A DNA stretch of 64,000 nt from Oligoflexales bacterium. GTDB taxonomy: Bacteria; Bdellovibrionota_B; Oligoflexia; Oligoflexales; CAIYRB01. The stretch is taken from the NCBI GenBank assembly GCA_041736175.1, contig JBGSUI010000191.1, forward strand, positions 1 through 64,000, in the 5' to 3' direction. Below the pieces are notes generated by a model. It searched no databases. It had not been told where the DNA came from and was given only the letters and a program-made list of their open reading frames with translations. Below are positions 19,463 through 28,666 of the stretch, in pieces (position 1 is the first letter of the stretch; every line of letters starts with the position of its first letter). The translations under genes and the position numbers were made by a program.

Positions 19463-21238
19463 TTAATACTCCTTTGTAAAGGCTGAATCCGCAAAGCGAT
19501 CAATGTAGCGCACCGTTCTTTTGACTGAGGGAAACGCCATGGTAAATACACCTTTTATATTTTGGGTACTGCTTTCAAATTCTTTGAGCTTAGCATTAGA
19601 ATTTTTAACCTGCTCGAACTGAAATGAAAATCTATGGAATTGTGTATAATTCCAGTATACTGTAGCAGAAAGAAGGAGTCCAGAGTCCTGCCTGGTGCAG
19701 ATGCTGGGGGGTTCGCTGTTGTTCGAATTTTTGGATGGAGCATCATTACAGCGATTTTTCTTAATCCGTGGCAGGCGATACTTATCCTGATAGATGCCAA
19801 AAAGTCCTTGGATAAACCAGCGGGGTAAAAACTCGTGTTGGACCGATGCTATGCCTCCCTGGCGGGTATAATCGAGCCAAGGGTCATTAAAGATAAACTC
19901 ATATTGAAAGCCATCAAAACTGATATTTATTTGATTTTCAGGGAGATCGTATTCTGTAGAGAGGCCCAGGCTTAGGACGGGGTTTTTGCCGTTAAGTCCT
20001 AGGTCATAGGTTTTGTTGGAAAATTCTGCTGCATTTTTATTTAGTTCTTTTCGCCAGTAAAAGTACAGTAGATTTCGGAAGTTAGGGTTGAAAGAATAGC
20101 CGATCCATGGAATGACGAGTTGGGTTTGGGAAATATTTGTTACCTTGGCCAGTTCGCTATTATCGACACTTGGAAAGAGATTGGACCCAATGAGTTTGTA
20201 TTCTAAGCGACTAAACAGACCTAAGAAAAGGTTGGGATTGAGCTGTCTGCGAAAATCAGCATAGAGCTGGTGTCGTCGTTCTAGCTGGTCTGCTCGAAAG
20301 GGAAAATATTGGAGATCCCCTGGATCTTCCATATATTCACCGATACGGTCCAGGTCTGTGTACCAGCGTTGGCGATAGGTATATCCCGCAAAACTGGTGA
20401 CATCTCCCAACTTTCTAGGGCCGATACCGATTCCGGCGTCAAAGAGGCCTGCTTGCAAGTCATTGCTAGAGGCTTTGAGTCCTTCGTTTTGGGTCGGTTC
20501 GTAGTTGGATACACCAGAACTGAGACCACCTGCTTGAAAAAACCAGTAGTGGGGTTGGGATCCAAGGGAGAGGTTATTGTATTTAAAGAGGGCTTCTTCT
20601 TGATTGGGGGCCGTAACCCCCTCGACACCCTCTAACCACCGCGACTCCCTAAGGCTTTGCAGCATTGCTGTGGCTGTTGCTACATAGGGACCCGTGGGAA
20701 AAAGCTGTAGGTACCGACTGAGCCAGTAGTAGGTACGGGGAGCATTGCGGAGCTTATATTCAAGGACCCCAAGCTCAAAGGTAGAGCGCGAAGCGTAGTC
20801 ATCTTGGTAGCGGGACGCGATATAGGCAAAGTACTCGCGGGCCTGGTCTGGTTGTTCGGAAGCGATAAAACATAGACCTTGGTAATAATAGTTGTATGAT
20901 TTTTCAGTGGTCTTGCGTTCAACATGTTTTAAGTACCTGAGGCCCTTTCGGGGTTGGCCTGTATGGTAGTAAGCCACTCCTAGAATATTCCACATTCCGT
21001 AGTCTTTGGGGACTTTTCGAAGGTATTTACGGAGGGAGAGAATGGATTCTTCGTATTTTTTGCCTTGAAATTGGCTCAGTCCTTGACTTCGAAGATCCGC
21101 AAGCAAAGAGGAAGACTGTCCTACAACGGGACGAGTCCAGTAAAAGCTGAGAAAGAGAGCAATGACGATGGAAGATATCTTGATAGAAAAACCCCCCCAA
21201 CTTGGGCTACAGAAAGAGTCGCAAACCTTCGCTGGCAT
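19463..21238 (-). CDS. TPR-containing outer-membrane protein
   Basis: Signal-like N-terminus, several TPRs, aromatic-rich beta-strand C-terminal two-thirds. Confidence 0.7.
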   Translation of the reverse strand: MPAKVCDSFCSPSWGGFSIKISSIVIALFLSFYWTRPVVGQSSSLLADLRSQGLSQFQGKKYEESILSLRKYLRKVPKDYGMWNILGVAYYHTGQPRKGLRYLKHVERKTTEKSYNYYYQGLCFIASEQPDQAREYFAYIASRYQDDYASRSTFELGVLEYKLRNAPRTYYWLSRYLQLFPTGPYVATATAMLQSLRESRWLEGVEGVTAPNQEEALFKYNNLSLGSQPHYWFFQAGGLSSGVSNYEPTQNEGLKASSNDLQAGLFDAGIGIGPRKLGDVTSFAGYTYRQRWYTDLDRIGEYMEDPGDLQYFPFRADQLERRHQLYADFRRQLNPNLFLGLFSRLEYKLIGSNLFPSVDNSELAKVTNISQTQLVIPWIGYSFNPNFRNLLYFYWRKELNKNAAEFSNKTYDLGLNGKNPVLSLGLSTEYDLPENQINISFDGFQYEFIFNDPWLDYTRQGGIASVQHEFLPRWFIQGLFGIYQDKYRLPRIKKNRCNDAPSKNSNNSEPPSICTRQDSGLLLSATVYWNYTQFHRFSFQFEQVKNSNAKLKEFESSTQNIKGVFTMAFPSVKRTVRYIDRFADSAFTKEY

Positions 21239-22061
21239 TCATCTATCAGGCCCTAATACTCCGAAGACTTCGGTGGTGTTTTGGCGCCAATCAGCTCCTG
21301 GCCAACCAATCTCGTTAGCACAAGTATATGAAAAGATCGGTCCAAAGGGGAACCGCTTTTCCGACGATCGCCTCAGCCAGATCCTCTTTGAGACCCCCGA
21401 CCTCGTAACCGTGGTTGTCGATCAAGCTCTCAGTGCCCCACCCTGTGTGGCCTGTCAGAGGCCTAAATGCCCTGGTGTGATCCGCTGTGACGATCTTGGT
21501 GTGGCGTCTATGATGGCCGTGGCTGCAAAAATCCAGCCTATCGCCCATTTTAAAAACCAAGTGATCAATCCCCAAACCCACCGCCTCTGGGATCTCTTAC
21601 AGGTGGAGAAAGCTTTGATCGCAAAAAAAATCCGGCCAGAGCCCACCTACCAAGCAAACCTTGCTCCCTTGGTCACCCGTGCCCAGGTCTTAAAAAAAAG
21701 ACTCCATGCTGAGCGTCCCCATGTCTCTCTGCTAGAAACCTCCGTCAAAATGGTGTTGTCGACCATGGCCCAACCCTGGGGTTATCAAGAAACCATCACC
21801 AGTCAGTATCGAAACTTTGAGAGGGGCCGAAAAACTCGAGATGCTATCGTGACCAAGATGCTAGCGGCTGTTGCAAGTGATCGCCCTGGAGATTTAGTCT
21901 CCCTTGTCTCACAATCTGTGGAAACCTTTCATGCCTTTTTGAGTGGTTGGATTGCGGTGTTAAACCGTTTAGGCCAAACCACCACCAAACCTGAAACTTT
22001 TACCGATACGGAAGGCTGGGTCTGCCTTCCACAGGGGTCTAAAGGCCGAACTGGTCCATGA
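21162..22061 (+). CDS. DUF429-like (RNase H-fold) protein with Cys cluster
   Basis: FAGIHLSG first strand, VVVDQAL, CVAC..CPG..C, LLETS. Confidence 0.55.
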   Translation: MTMEDILIEKPPQLGLQKESQTFAGIHLSGPNTPKTSVVFWRQSAPGQPISLAQVYEKIGPKGNRFSDDRLSQILFETPDLVTVVVDQALSAPPCVACQRPKCPGVIRCDDLGVASMMAVAAKIQPIAHFKNQVINPQTHRLWDLLQVEKALIAKKIRPEPTYQANLAPLVTRAQVLKKRLHAERPHVSLLETSVKMVLSTMAQPWGYQETITSQYRNFERGRKTRDAIVTKMLAAVASDRPGDLVSLVSQSVETFHAFLSGWIAVLNRLGQTTTKPETFTDTEGWVCLPQGSKGRTGP

Positions 22062-23280
22062 TTTTCTTGAGATCAACGATTTTATAGTTGGCCCCTTCGA
22101 GGGTCCCGGTGGGGGACTCATTGCTATCGTCATGGACCACCAGGATCCCTCTGGGAAACTCTGGCCCCATCGGTAAGCTTTTTACCGCAAGGCCATCGGT
22201 GTTGGTGACCGGATCCTTATCGTTAAAGGATAGTGCAAAATTTCCCATATACCGGCGCTCACTGAGACTATAGAGTCCAAATTCACTGATTCCCTGGGCC
22301 GAAAACATAAGGTAATCACTCCCACCATAGGTAAAGACATCGACTCCTTCTAGGTCGTCCGTGATACGGGGGAGTGTGGGGTCTTGGCCCCATTGATCGA
22401 TGTCCGTCCAAGACCCCTGGACCTGTAGTAAGACCGTGGGAGTCTCGGTGGAGTCTTGGGGGACGCTCCACAATCCAAAGTTTTCCATACCGACGACCCA
22501 GCGCTGGCGAGGAGCGTCATAGGTACATCCCTCGAGGGCAAACCGGTCCCTGAGCTTTTTTTCCAGATCGTCCAGTTCCCCATTGGTGCGAGCTCCCTTT
22601 TCGACAATCGTTCGGACAAACTGGTCTTGGCTCGGAGTGATCAGCGCCGCAAGATCAATGGTCTTGATAAGATGTGCGGTGATGGGTTGCGGAGACAAGA
22701 GTGTCCCATCGGGGAGGCCTTGGATGTCAAAGAGCATCGCCTGGCCCTTTTTGGTGGTGACCAGAGCCAAGCTCTTGCCGTTTACAAAACCAGTGCATAT
22801 TCCGTAGACTTTAAGCGGTTTCTGGGCCTCATCTAAGAGTGGGAGTGTGGCCAGCTCACCGACCTTGGCAGATGATACCTGAAAGAGGCTAATGCCATCG
22901 ATGGTGCGGTTGCTAGCGATCGCAAGACCTCCTGTACAACCTTGAGTGGAGCAGCGATTGCCGAACATATCGATATTGTTTAAGCGGTCCCCAGGCAAAA
23001 AGCGGGTTTCCACTCCGTTGAGCCCGTAAACTCCGAGACCGCCATACCCCTGCTCTTTTTCAGCTTCAAACTTGCTGGTGCCCAGGACAAGGCTTTGATG
23101 AGGTTGTTCTGGATGATACCAAATTGCAGGGTCATCGCTTTCATGGAGTCCAAAGGGTAGGGGCGTTGTCTCATAAGACGCCAGTAGCCGTGGCACCTGG
23201 AGAGGTGGAGCTTGTGTGAAACCTGACAATAGACCGGCCAAGAGCGTGTAACTCAGACTTTTCATAAACCTTGTCTCCAA
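22039..23280 (-). CDS. beta-propeller phytase (3-phytase)
   Basis: DDPAIW, LVLGTSK, RLNNID, YGIC, LEGC, DLEG, TDGL, VHDD.N, NYKIV. Confidence 0.9.
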   Translation of the reverse strand: METRFMKSLSYTLLAGLLSGFTQAPPLQVPRLLASYETTPLPFGLHESDDPAIWYHPEQPHQSLVLGTSKFEAEKEQGYGGLGVYGLNGVETRFLPGDRLNNIDMFGNRCSTQGCTGGLAIASNRTIDGISLFQVSSAKVGELATLPLLDEAQKPLKVYGICTGFVNGKSLALVTTKKGQAMLFDIQGLPDGTLLSPQPITAHLIKTIDLAALITPSQDQFVRTIVEKGARTNGELDDLEKKLRDRFALEGCTYDAPRQRWVVGMENFGLWSVPQDSTETPTVLLQVQGSWTDIDQWGQDPTLPRITDDLEGVDVFTYGGSDYLMFSAQGISEFGLYSLSERRYMGNFALSFNDKDPVTNTDGLAVKSLPMGPEFPRGILVVHDDSNESPTGTLEGANYKIVDLKKIMDQFGL

Positions 23281-23327
23281 CCAAATAAGTTAAGGGTCTA
23301 AGTGAAGACTTTACCCTTAATTGGTCT

Positions 23328-23726
23328 CTAGGCGACTGTTTTTCTGCTCTCGATGCGGTCGAGAGCTTTTTGCCAGTGGTGGGCATCTTTGCTGTCCACC
23401 TGCAAAATTTGCACTCCATATTGGGAGACACCTGCCGTTTTCTTATGAAGGCGGACTATTTTAGCGAGGAATTGAAAGGGATGTTCAAACACGGTCCCTC
23501 GGGGATCAACATTGAGTTCTAAGATCGTATTGACTTGAAAAGGAATCCGCAGGTAAGGGCCGCTGCTTAATAAAAAGCCGGTTCTTGAGAAATTCTCAAG
23601 GGGTAAGTTGTAGGCCATGGTTGTTCCGATCGTCTTAGTCTCGACGACGCAGGGGCCAGGGGGAGGGACTCGCTCGGCACGGGATTTTCCCTCCAGCAAA
23701 TGATACTTTATAGGCTTCTTAAGCAC
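23328..23726 (-). CDS. PilZ-domain protein (degenerate RxxxR)
   Basis: SRAERVP, ENFSRTG, AKIVR...YGVQI. Confidence 0.65.
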   Translation of the reverse strand: MLKKPIKYHLLEGKSRAERVPPPGPCVVETKTIGTTMAYNLPLENFSRTGFLLSSGPYLRIPFQVNTILELNVDPRGTVFEHPFQFLAKIVRLHKKTAGVSQYGVQILQVDSKDAHHWQKALDRIESRKTVA

Positions 23727-23783
23727 GCGGGCTACCTCCCCATAAGACTCGATTGACTTAAGACACGGCAGGGTCTTAGGTCT

Positions 23784-23810
23784 TTATCGGCAGATCGCGT
23801 TTTTTAATGA
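23784..23810 (-). promoter_or_regulatory. sigma28-like promoter
   Basis: TCATT-N14-GCCGATAA (perfect -10) upstream of the PilZ-phytase genes. Confidence 0.6.
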
Positions 23811-23823
23811 CAAGGAGAGCTTT

Positions 23824-24534
23824 TTAAGGAGATTCGATTTTAGTAAATCCCTCTGATTTAGCTAGTACTTTGAATTGGTTGATATGGGGGAGGAGTTCAG
23901 CAATCGTTTGGTCTACCGTCTGCACCACTTTGACCATCTCTAGGTCGCTCAGGGACATCAACTGCTTGCCGACGGGATATTTTTGGATCCATTTTAGAAA
24001 ATCTTTCCAAAAATCATCTGAAGCAAATAGGATTAGCGGGCGGTGTTTGATATGGCTGACCTGCATCAGTTGCCAGGTATAGAAGAGTTCGAGAAGAGTT
24101 CCGATCCCTCCAGGGACCACAATCACAGCATGGGTAAGGCGCATAAACTCATCGAGGCGGCTGGAAAAGCGGCGGTGCTGGTTTTTAACATCGAGGTGGG
24201 AATTGGCATCGGATTCAAAAGGCAGTTCGATAGGAAGTCCAATCGACCGTGTTCCACCAAGATTGCCGGTTCGGGCTCCTTTATTGGCAGCTTCCATCAG
24301 TCCAGGTCCCCCCCCAGTGACGATGTCGACTCCATGCTGCGCGAGTGCGCTGGCTAGCTCCTCCACATGCTTATAGATGGGGCTTTCTTCCCCAATCCGT
24401 GCGGATCCAAAGATGCATACTCGATAGTATTCTGTTTCCATTTCGGTGAGGAGGTTTTCGACATCAGCGATGATGTCGTACATCTGCCGAACCTTTTTTG
24501 TTAGGATTTTCCGGACTTTTTGCTGTTTGATCAT
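23824..24534 (-). CDS. LOG-family nucleotide phosphoribohydrolase
   Basis: VCIFGSAR, TGGGPGLMEAAN, LPFE, PGGIGTLLE. Confidence 0.9.
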   Translation of the reverse strand: MIKQQKVRKILTKKVRQMYDIIADVENLLTEMETEYYRVCIFGSARIGEESPIYKHVEELASALAQHGVDIVTGGGPGLMEAANKGARTGNLGGTRSIGLPIELPFESDANSHLDVKNQHRRFSSRLDEFMRLTHAVIVVPGGIGTLLELFYTWQLMQVSHIKHRPLILFASDDFWKDFLKWIQKYPVGKQLMSLSDLEMVKVVQTVDQTIAELLPHINQFKVLAKSEGFTKIESP

Positions 24535-24721
24535 TGGTTTTTCTTTACAATCTTTGGGCAGAGAAATCTTATAGACTACGATGCACCCTTCGGTGCACGA
24601 CCCCCATTGTATCTTTTCACCCTTAAAGGTGGCTAGCTCAAAGATAAATAAGTTAGCAATCGAAAAATTGACAAAAAATGGGAATTAAATTTTCCTATCT
24701 TCTATCCGAAGAGTCCAGGGT

Positions 24722-25429
24722 ATGAGATTAAACTTACCCCAAAAACTTCTATGGTCACTGTCGTTAGGAGGACTTCCTGTCTTGGGAGTTGAACCCACTA
24801 AGACGGACGGCGAGGATATTGGGATCGCCATTATGGGGACCATTATCCAATCTAAATCTGAAGATAATGTCGCACTGATTAAAGAGAAAAATGGGGTGGT
24901 TGTCGCTGTAAAAAAGGGTTTGACGACTCCTGGACAATTTGTCGTTATGAGTATTAATGATAAATACCTTGAAATCCAGGACCCTAAAGGCAAAGTTTAT
25001 TGGGTCTATCGTGATAAATTTGCCGTGACTCAGTCGGGAACTCCAGGTCCATCAACCTCGGTCCCAGCAAGCATTGTGATCAAGGAAGAGGGCTTTGAAA
25101 GGAATGACAATGTGGTCAAAATGACCGAAACCTACCGGGACAAAATCGTCCGTGAGGACTTGTCTAAAATCTTAATGCAAGCGACCGCAGAGCCCTTTCT
25201 TGAAAATGGTGTCATCGTAGGATTTTTAGTGTCCCAAATCGATGAAGGTAGCATTTTTCAAAAATCGGGAATTAAGGATGGTGATATTATTACTAAGATC
25301 AACGACCAGGAGCTAAACAGCATTGCAAATTCGGTAAAGTTGTTGCAATCCCTTAAAGGTGCAAAACAAATCGAAGTTGATATTAAGAGGGCTGGTCAAA
25401 TGCAAAAGATTCGTGTCGAGATCAATTAA
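24722..25429 (+). CDS. GspC-like PDZ-domain protein
   Basis: IMGTI...ALI HR-like domain, then GFLVSQIDEGSIFQKSGIKDGDIITKIN PDZ domain. Confidence 0.7.
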   Translation: MRLNLPQKLLWSLSLGGLPVLGVEPTKTDGEDIGIAIMGTIIQSKSEDNVALIKEKNGVVVAVKKGLTTPGQFVVMSINDKYLEIQDPKGKVYWVYRDKFAVTQSGTPGPSTSVPASIVIKEEGFERNDNVVKMTETYRDKIVREDLSKILMQATAEPFLENGVIVGFLVSQIDEGSIFQKSGIKDGDIITKINDQELNSIANSVKLLQSLKGAKQIEVDIKRAGQMQKIRVEIN

Positions 25430-25444
25430 TCATCAGACACATGT

Positions 25445-26755
25445 TTAAAAGGACTCTTCCACAAATTCGGACTCATCATAGGTGAGGGTAGGAGTGGGGA
25501 GTGGCGCTGGTGTAGGGGCAGGAGCTGGTTTTGGAGCAGGGGTTGGAGCTGTTTTGGCTTCTTCCGTGACAATTTCGGTCCAAGAATCATCTTCACTGCG
25601 GACAGTGGGCGAAATATTGCCGCTTAGTTTATCCAAGTATGGTTGGGCCCTTGTGAACAGATTGTTTCCGGTCAGGAGGGATTTTTTAAACCAAACTGTA
25701 GCCTCGGTGTTTTTTCCGAATTTGAGATAGCATAATCCAATATTGAATTCTAGCCTGGCCTTAACTTTAGGTTCTGTGGCGATCTTGAGTGCTCCTTTGT
25801 AGATGCCGATTGCGGAGTCCATTTTGCGGTCTTGAACGTGGGAGATTGCGACGATATTGTATGTTTGGATAAGGGAAAGAGCGAGCCCTTGGCCTGCTCG
25901 AAAGGCTACCGATTTTTCAAAATTAGAGATCACATCGAGTCCGGCTTGGATGCGATGGTTATCGGAATCTATCGTCTTAGCTTCGGTAAAGCTTCTGCTT
26001 GCATATCGCATCTTGCCATCTTTGATCGCGATTTCTCCAAGCATACACAATCGTTCGATATTTGCTCGGGACTGCCTGCGGGCAATCCTTAGATAAGCAG
26101 CAGCTTCGTCGCTTTTATCGAGGAGAAAAAGCGATCGACCCAATCCGGCAATCGCACGAAGGTTGTTTTGGTCCTTAGACAAAATCCAGCGGTAAGCTAC
26201 CTCGGCAAGAGTCAAAATATTGTGCTTAGCAGCGAGTTCTGCAAAAATAAATCCAAGGGCTGTTCCATGTCCTGTAGAAGATTCTAAGGTTGCTTTGACC
26301 TCGGTTAAAGCAGAGGCATTTTGGATCCGCTTAATAGACGCTTCGATGGGAGGTATGTTTTGAGTATACCATTCGGACTCGCGACTGAGATGAGAGAGAG
26401 CCTTTGAAACTTGGAGTGCCGATGCCGGTTTTGGCAAGGCGACGGTACAAGGAAACTCTGCAACAAGATTGATGGCATCATGCCCGCCCTGGCCTGGAAT
26501 TAAGAGGATAGGCAAGAGGCTCAGCTCTTCGATCGATTTGATCCGGTTAAGAATCAATGTGACCCCACTAAAAAAGTCGGGACAGCAAAGGATACAGATG
26601 CCGTAGTTTTTATTGTCCTGGATCAACTGTAACATTTTGTCGATATCGGAGACTGTAGTGACGGCAGATCTACCTAAGAGATCGTAAAGCAGCTTTTTGA
26701 CCACGTCAGATTCTGGCGACGCATCTTCAAGGATAATTGGATTTTCAATGGCCAT
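25445..26755 (-). CDS. pseudo-receiver + TPR protein
   Basis: Receiver-like N-terminus (IILED...LPILLI...LPKP) without a phospho-acceptor Asp; TPRs; PAP-rich tail. Confidence 0.65.
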   Translation of the reverse strand: MAIENPIILEDASPESDVVKKLLYDLLGRSAVTTVSDIDKMLQLIQDNKNYGICILCCPDFFSGVTLILNRIKSIEELSLLPILLIPGQGGHDAINLVAEFPCTVALPKPASALQVSKALSHLSRESEWYTQNIPPIEASIKRIQNASALTEVKATLESSTGHGTALGFIFAELAAKHNILTLAEVAYRWILSKDQNNLRAIAGLGRSLFLLDKSDEAAAYLRIARRQSRANIERLCMLGEIAIKDGKMRYASRSFTEAKTIDSDNHRIQAGLDVISNFEKSVAFRAGQGLALSLIQTYNIVAISHVQDRKMDSAIGIYKGALKIATEPKVKARLEFNIGLCYLKFGKNTEATVWFKKSLLTGNNLFTRAQPYLDKLSGNISPTVRSEDDSWTEIVTEEAKTAPTPAPKPAPAPTPAPLPTPTLTYDESEFVEESF

Positions 26756-26769
26756 AGAATCGTTCCATT

Positions 26770-27303
26770 TTAGCCTAAAAACTTAAAGTATGAGGTTTCA
26801 TCGTCCATAAAATCCATAGTTCCATCGCATCGAGAGCAATTGAAGCGGTGGACGACTTCTTCAATAAACCTCTGGACTCCTAGTTTAAGGACGTCTGAGC
26901 TTTGGCAGAGGACGTCCTTATCGATAAGGCAGGAGGTGCATTCAAAAGGTATGTAAAAAGATTCGATTTCAATATTCTTTCTCAGGTTTATCACGACGTT
27001 AATCTGGCGAATGATGGGAGATTGGCAGTTTCGGTAGATCACTTTTTTGAGTTTCATCTGGACAAGACCCTGGCTCCAGATTTTAACCCCATAGGAGTTG
27101 ATTTCATGGACGCCTCCAAGGTCTAAAATGACTTTATCGAATGGGGATGAGGTGATCGGATTGAAATCAGCAAGATCGTCAATAAATCCGCTTAATGTAA
27201 AGATTTCGGGATGATCTTTTTGTAGTTGTTGGATTTTGAGACCAGGCATAATAGACCCAAAGTAAACATCTCTTCGATAGATCCAGTCCTTTAGATCGGA
27301 CAT
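26770..27303 (-). CDS. STAS-like protein with Zn-ribbon
   Basis: LSGFIDD, ILDLGGVHEINSYGVKIW, IESFYIPFECTSC...CSRC...YFKFL. Confidence 0.7.
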   Translation of the reverse strand: MSDLKDWIYRRDVYFGSIMPGLKIQQLQKDHPEIFTLSGFIDDLADFNPITSSPFDKVILDLGGVHEINSYGVKIWSQGLVQMKLKKVIYRNCQSPIIRQINVVINLRKNIEIESFYIPFECTSCLIDKDVLCQSSDVLKLGVQRFIEEVVHRFNCSRCDGTMDFMDDETSYFKFLG

Positions 27304-27361
27304 TTAGGGAAAATGCTGAAGGATCAGATTACTACATCTAACAAAAATAGGTAGTTAGATC

Positions 27362-28657
27362 TTATGACGCAGTCTTTAACTGATTGGTCACATCTAAATA
27401 ACGCGCCTTCAGCTTTGTGGACTTAACATGATCAAAAGAATCGGCAAGCTTAAGGAGATATTTTTGCGCTAAATTTAGGTCGTTGCTTTCTAAAAGAGCC
27501 TCTATGACTAATAAATTAACCTCAAATCGTCGGTCGACATCGAGTGGTTTGATGATGGTGCGTGCGAATTGGTAAATACTAACAGCCCCATAAAAATCAT
27601 CTTTATCAATCAGTTTCTGTGCAGCGTTATAAAGCTGATTACAAAAAACGTCAACCAATTCAGCATAGGATTGATGCTTGGAAATATTGTATCTTTTAGT
27701 GATTGAAATAAGTTTTCGCTCAGATAGCTTCGTGAGTAGGTCAGGAAGTAAAAGGATATTTTCCGGCATTTGGGAATGATCGATAATATACTCAATGAGG
27801 GGTATCAGCACGGCATCATACGCGGCTGATTGTTGGTATAAGGCAACAAAGTACTCACGGGCCATTTCAAAATTCCCAAGTTTTGTTGAAACCTGTCCTA
27901 ACATCAGCTTACGACGGGGGTTTTTGGGGGATATTTTCTGTGCAGCACCGAGAAATTTGGCTGCTCGTTCGTAATCTTTAGCCTTAAAGGAGATATTGCC
28001 AATCAGGTGCAGGTAGCGGGCATCTAATTGGAGTCCTTCTTGCTTAGCTTGGTTGAGTCCTTGGCCCAGGATGGAAATCGCTTCTTGGAATTTTTTCTCA
28101 GCCTTTAGGAGATGGGCCTTGAGGTAAAAAAGATCGTATTTATTAAAAAGTGGTTCAATTTTTTTTAAGATGATTTTTGCTAGGTCGATTTGATTGTTTT
28201 GCAAGGCATTAAAAAAAGAGCGGTATTCTCTCGACTCTAGGGCCACGCGATTGCGACCATTTTTATCATCTTCCACAAACTTCAAGAGGGCATCAGAGTC
28301 TCGAACGAAATTGGCCGAATGGCGAACGATATATTTAAGGCGGTACTCTTGCCAAAAATCAATATCTTCTTGGCTGCATTCGCCGGCATACATCACTAGC
28401 GGAGCCTTTGAAAGGACTGGACTTTGAGCAATAGACTCAAGAAATACGTGGGGAGTTGCCGTTTCATTCCAATTCATGACGATGGCATTCGGTAAAGCTT
28501 TTTCGACCATTTTTTTATGTAAGAGGGAACTGTGGTTGATATGGTAGATTTCTAGGTCGTGTTCATTACAGGTTTTCCCAAAAACTTCGTGAAATTTTGT
28601 ATTTTTAACAGCATCAATTTCAATAAGGTAAAGTTCACCAGAAAATGGATGTTCCAT
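27362..28657 (-). CDS. pseudo-receiver + TPR protein
   Basis: PNAIVMNW (Asn at the Asp position), PLVMYAG, multiple TPRs. Confidence 0.6.
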   Translation of the reverse strand: MEHPFSGELYLIEIDAVKNTKFHEVFGKTCNEHDLEIYHINHSSLLHKKMVEKALPNAIVMNWNETATPHVFLESIAQSPVLSKAPLVMYAGECSQEDIDFWQEYRLKYIVRHSANFVRDSDALLKFVEDDKNGRNRVALESREYRSFFNALQNNQIDLAKIILKKIEPLFNKYDLFYLKAHLLKAEKKFQEAISILGQGLNQAKQEGLQLDARYLHLIGNISFKAKDYERAAKFLGAAQKISPKNPRRKLMLGQVSTKLGNFEMAREYFVALYQQSAAYDAVLIPLIEYIIDHSQMPENILLLPDLLTKLSERKLISITKRYNISKHQSYAELVDVFCNQLYNAAQKLIDKDDFYGAVSIYQFARTIIKPLDVDRRFEVNLLVIEALLESNDLNLAQKYLLKLADSFDHVKSTKLKARYLDVTNQLKTAS

Positions 28658-28666
28658 AAAATATCC

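Noticed and set aside
25490..25560. PAP/PTP repeat at the end of the pseudo-receiver TPR gene
   Set aside because: Ordinary low-complexity linker with diverged codons; not a DNA-level repeat element.
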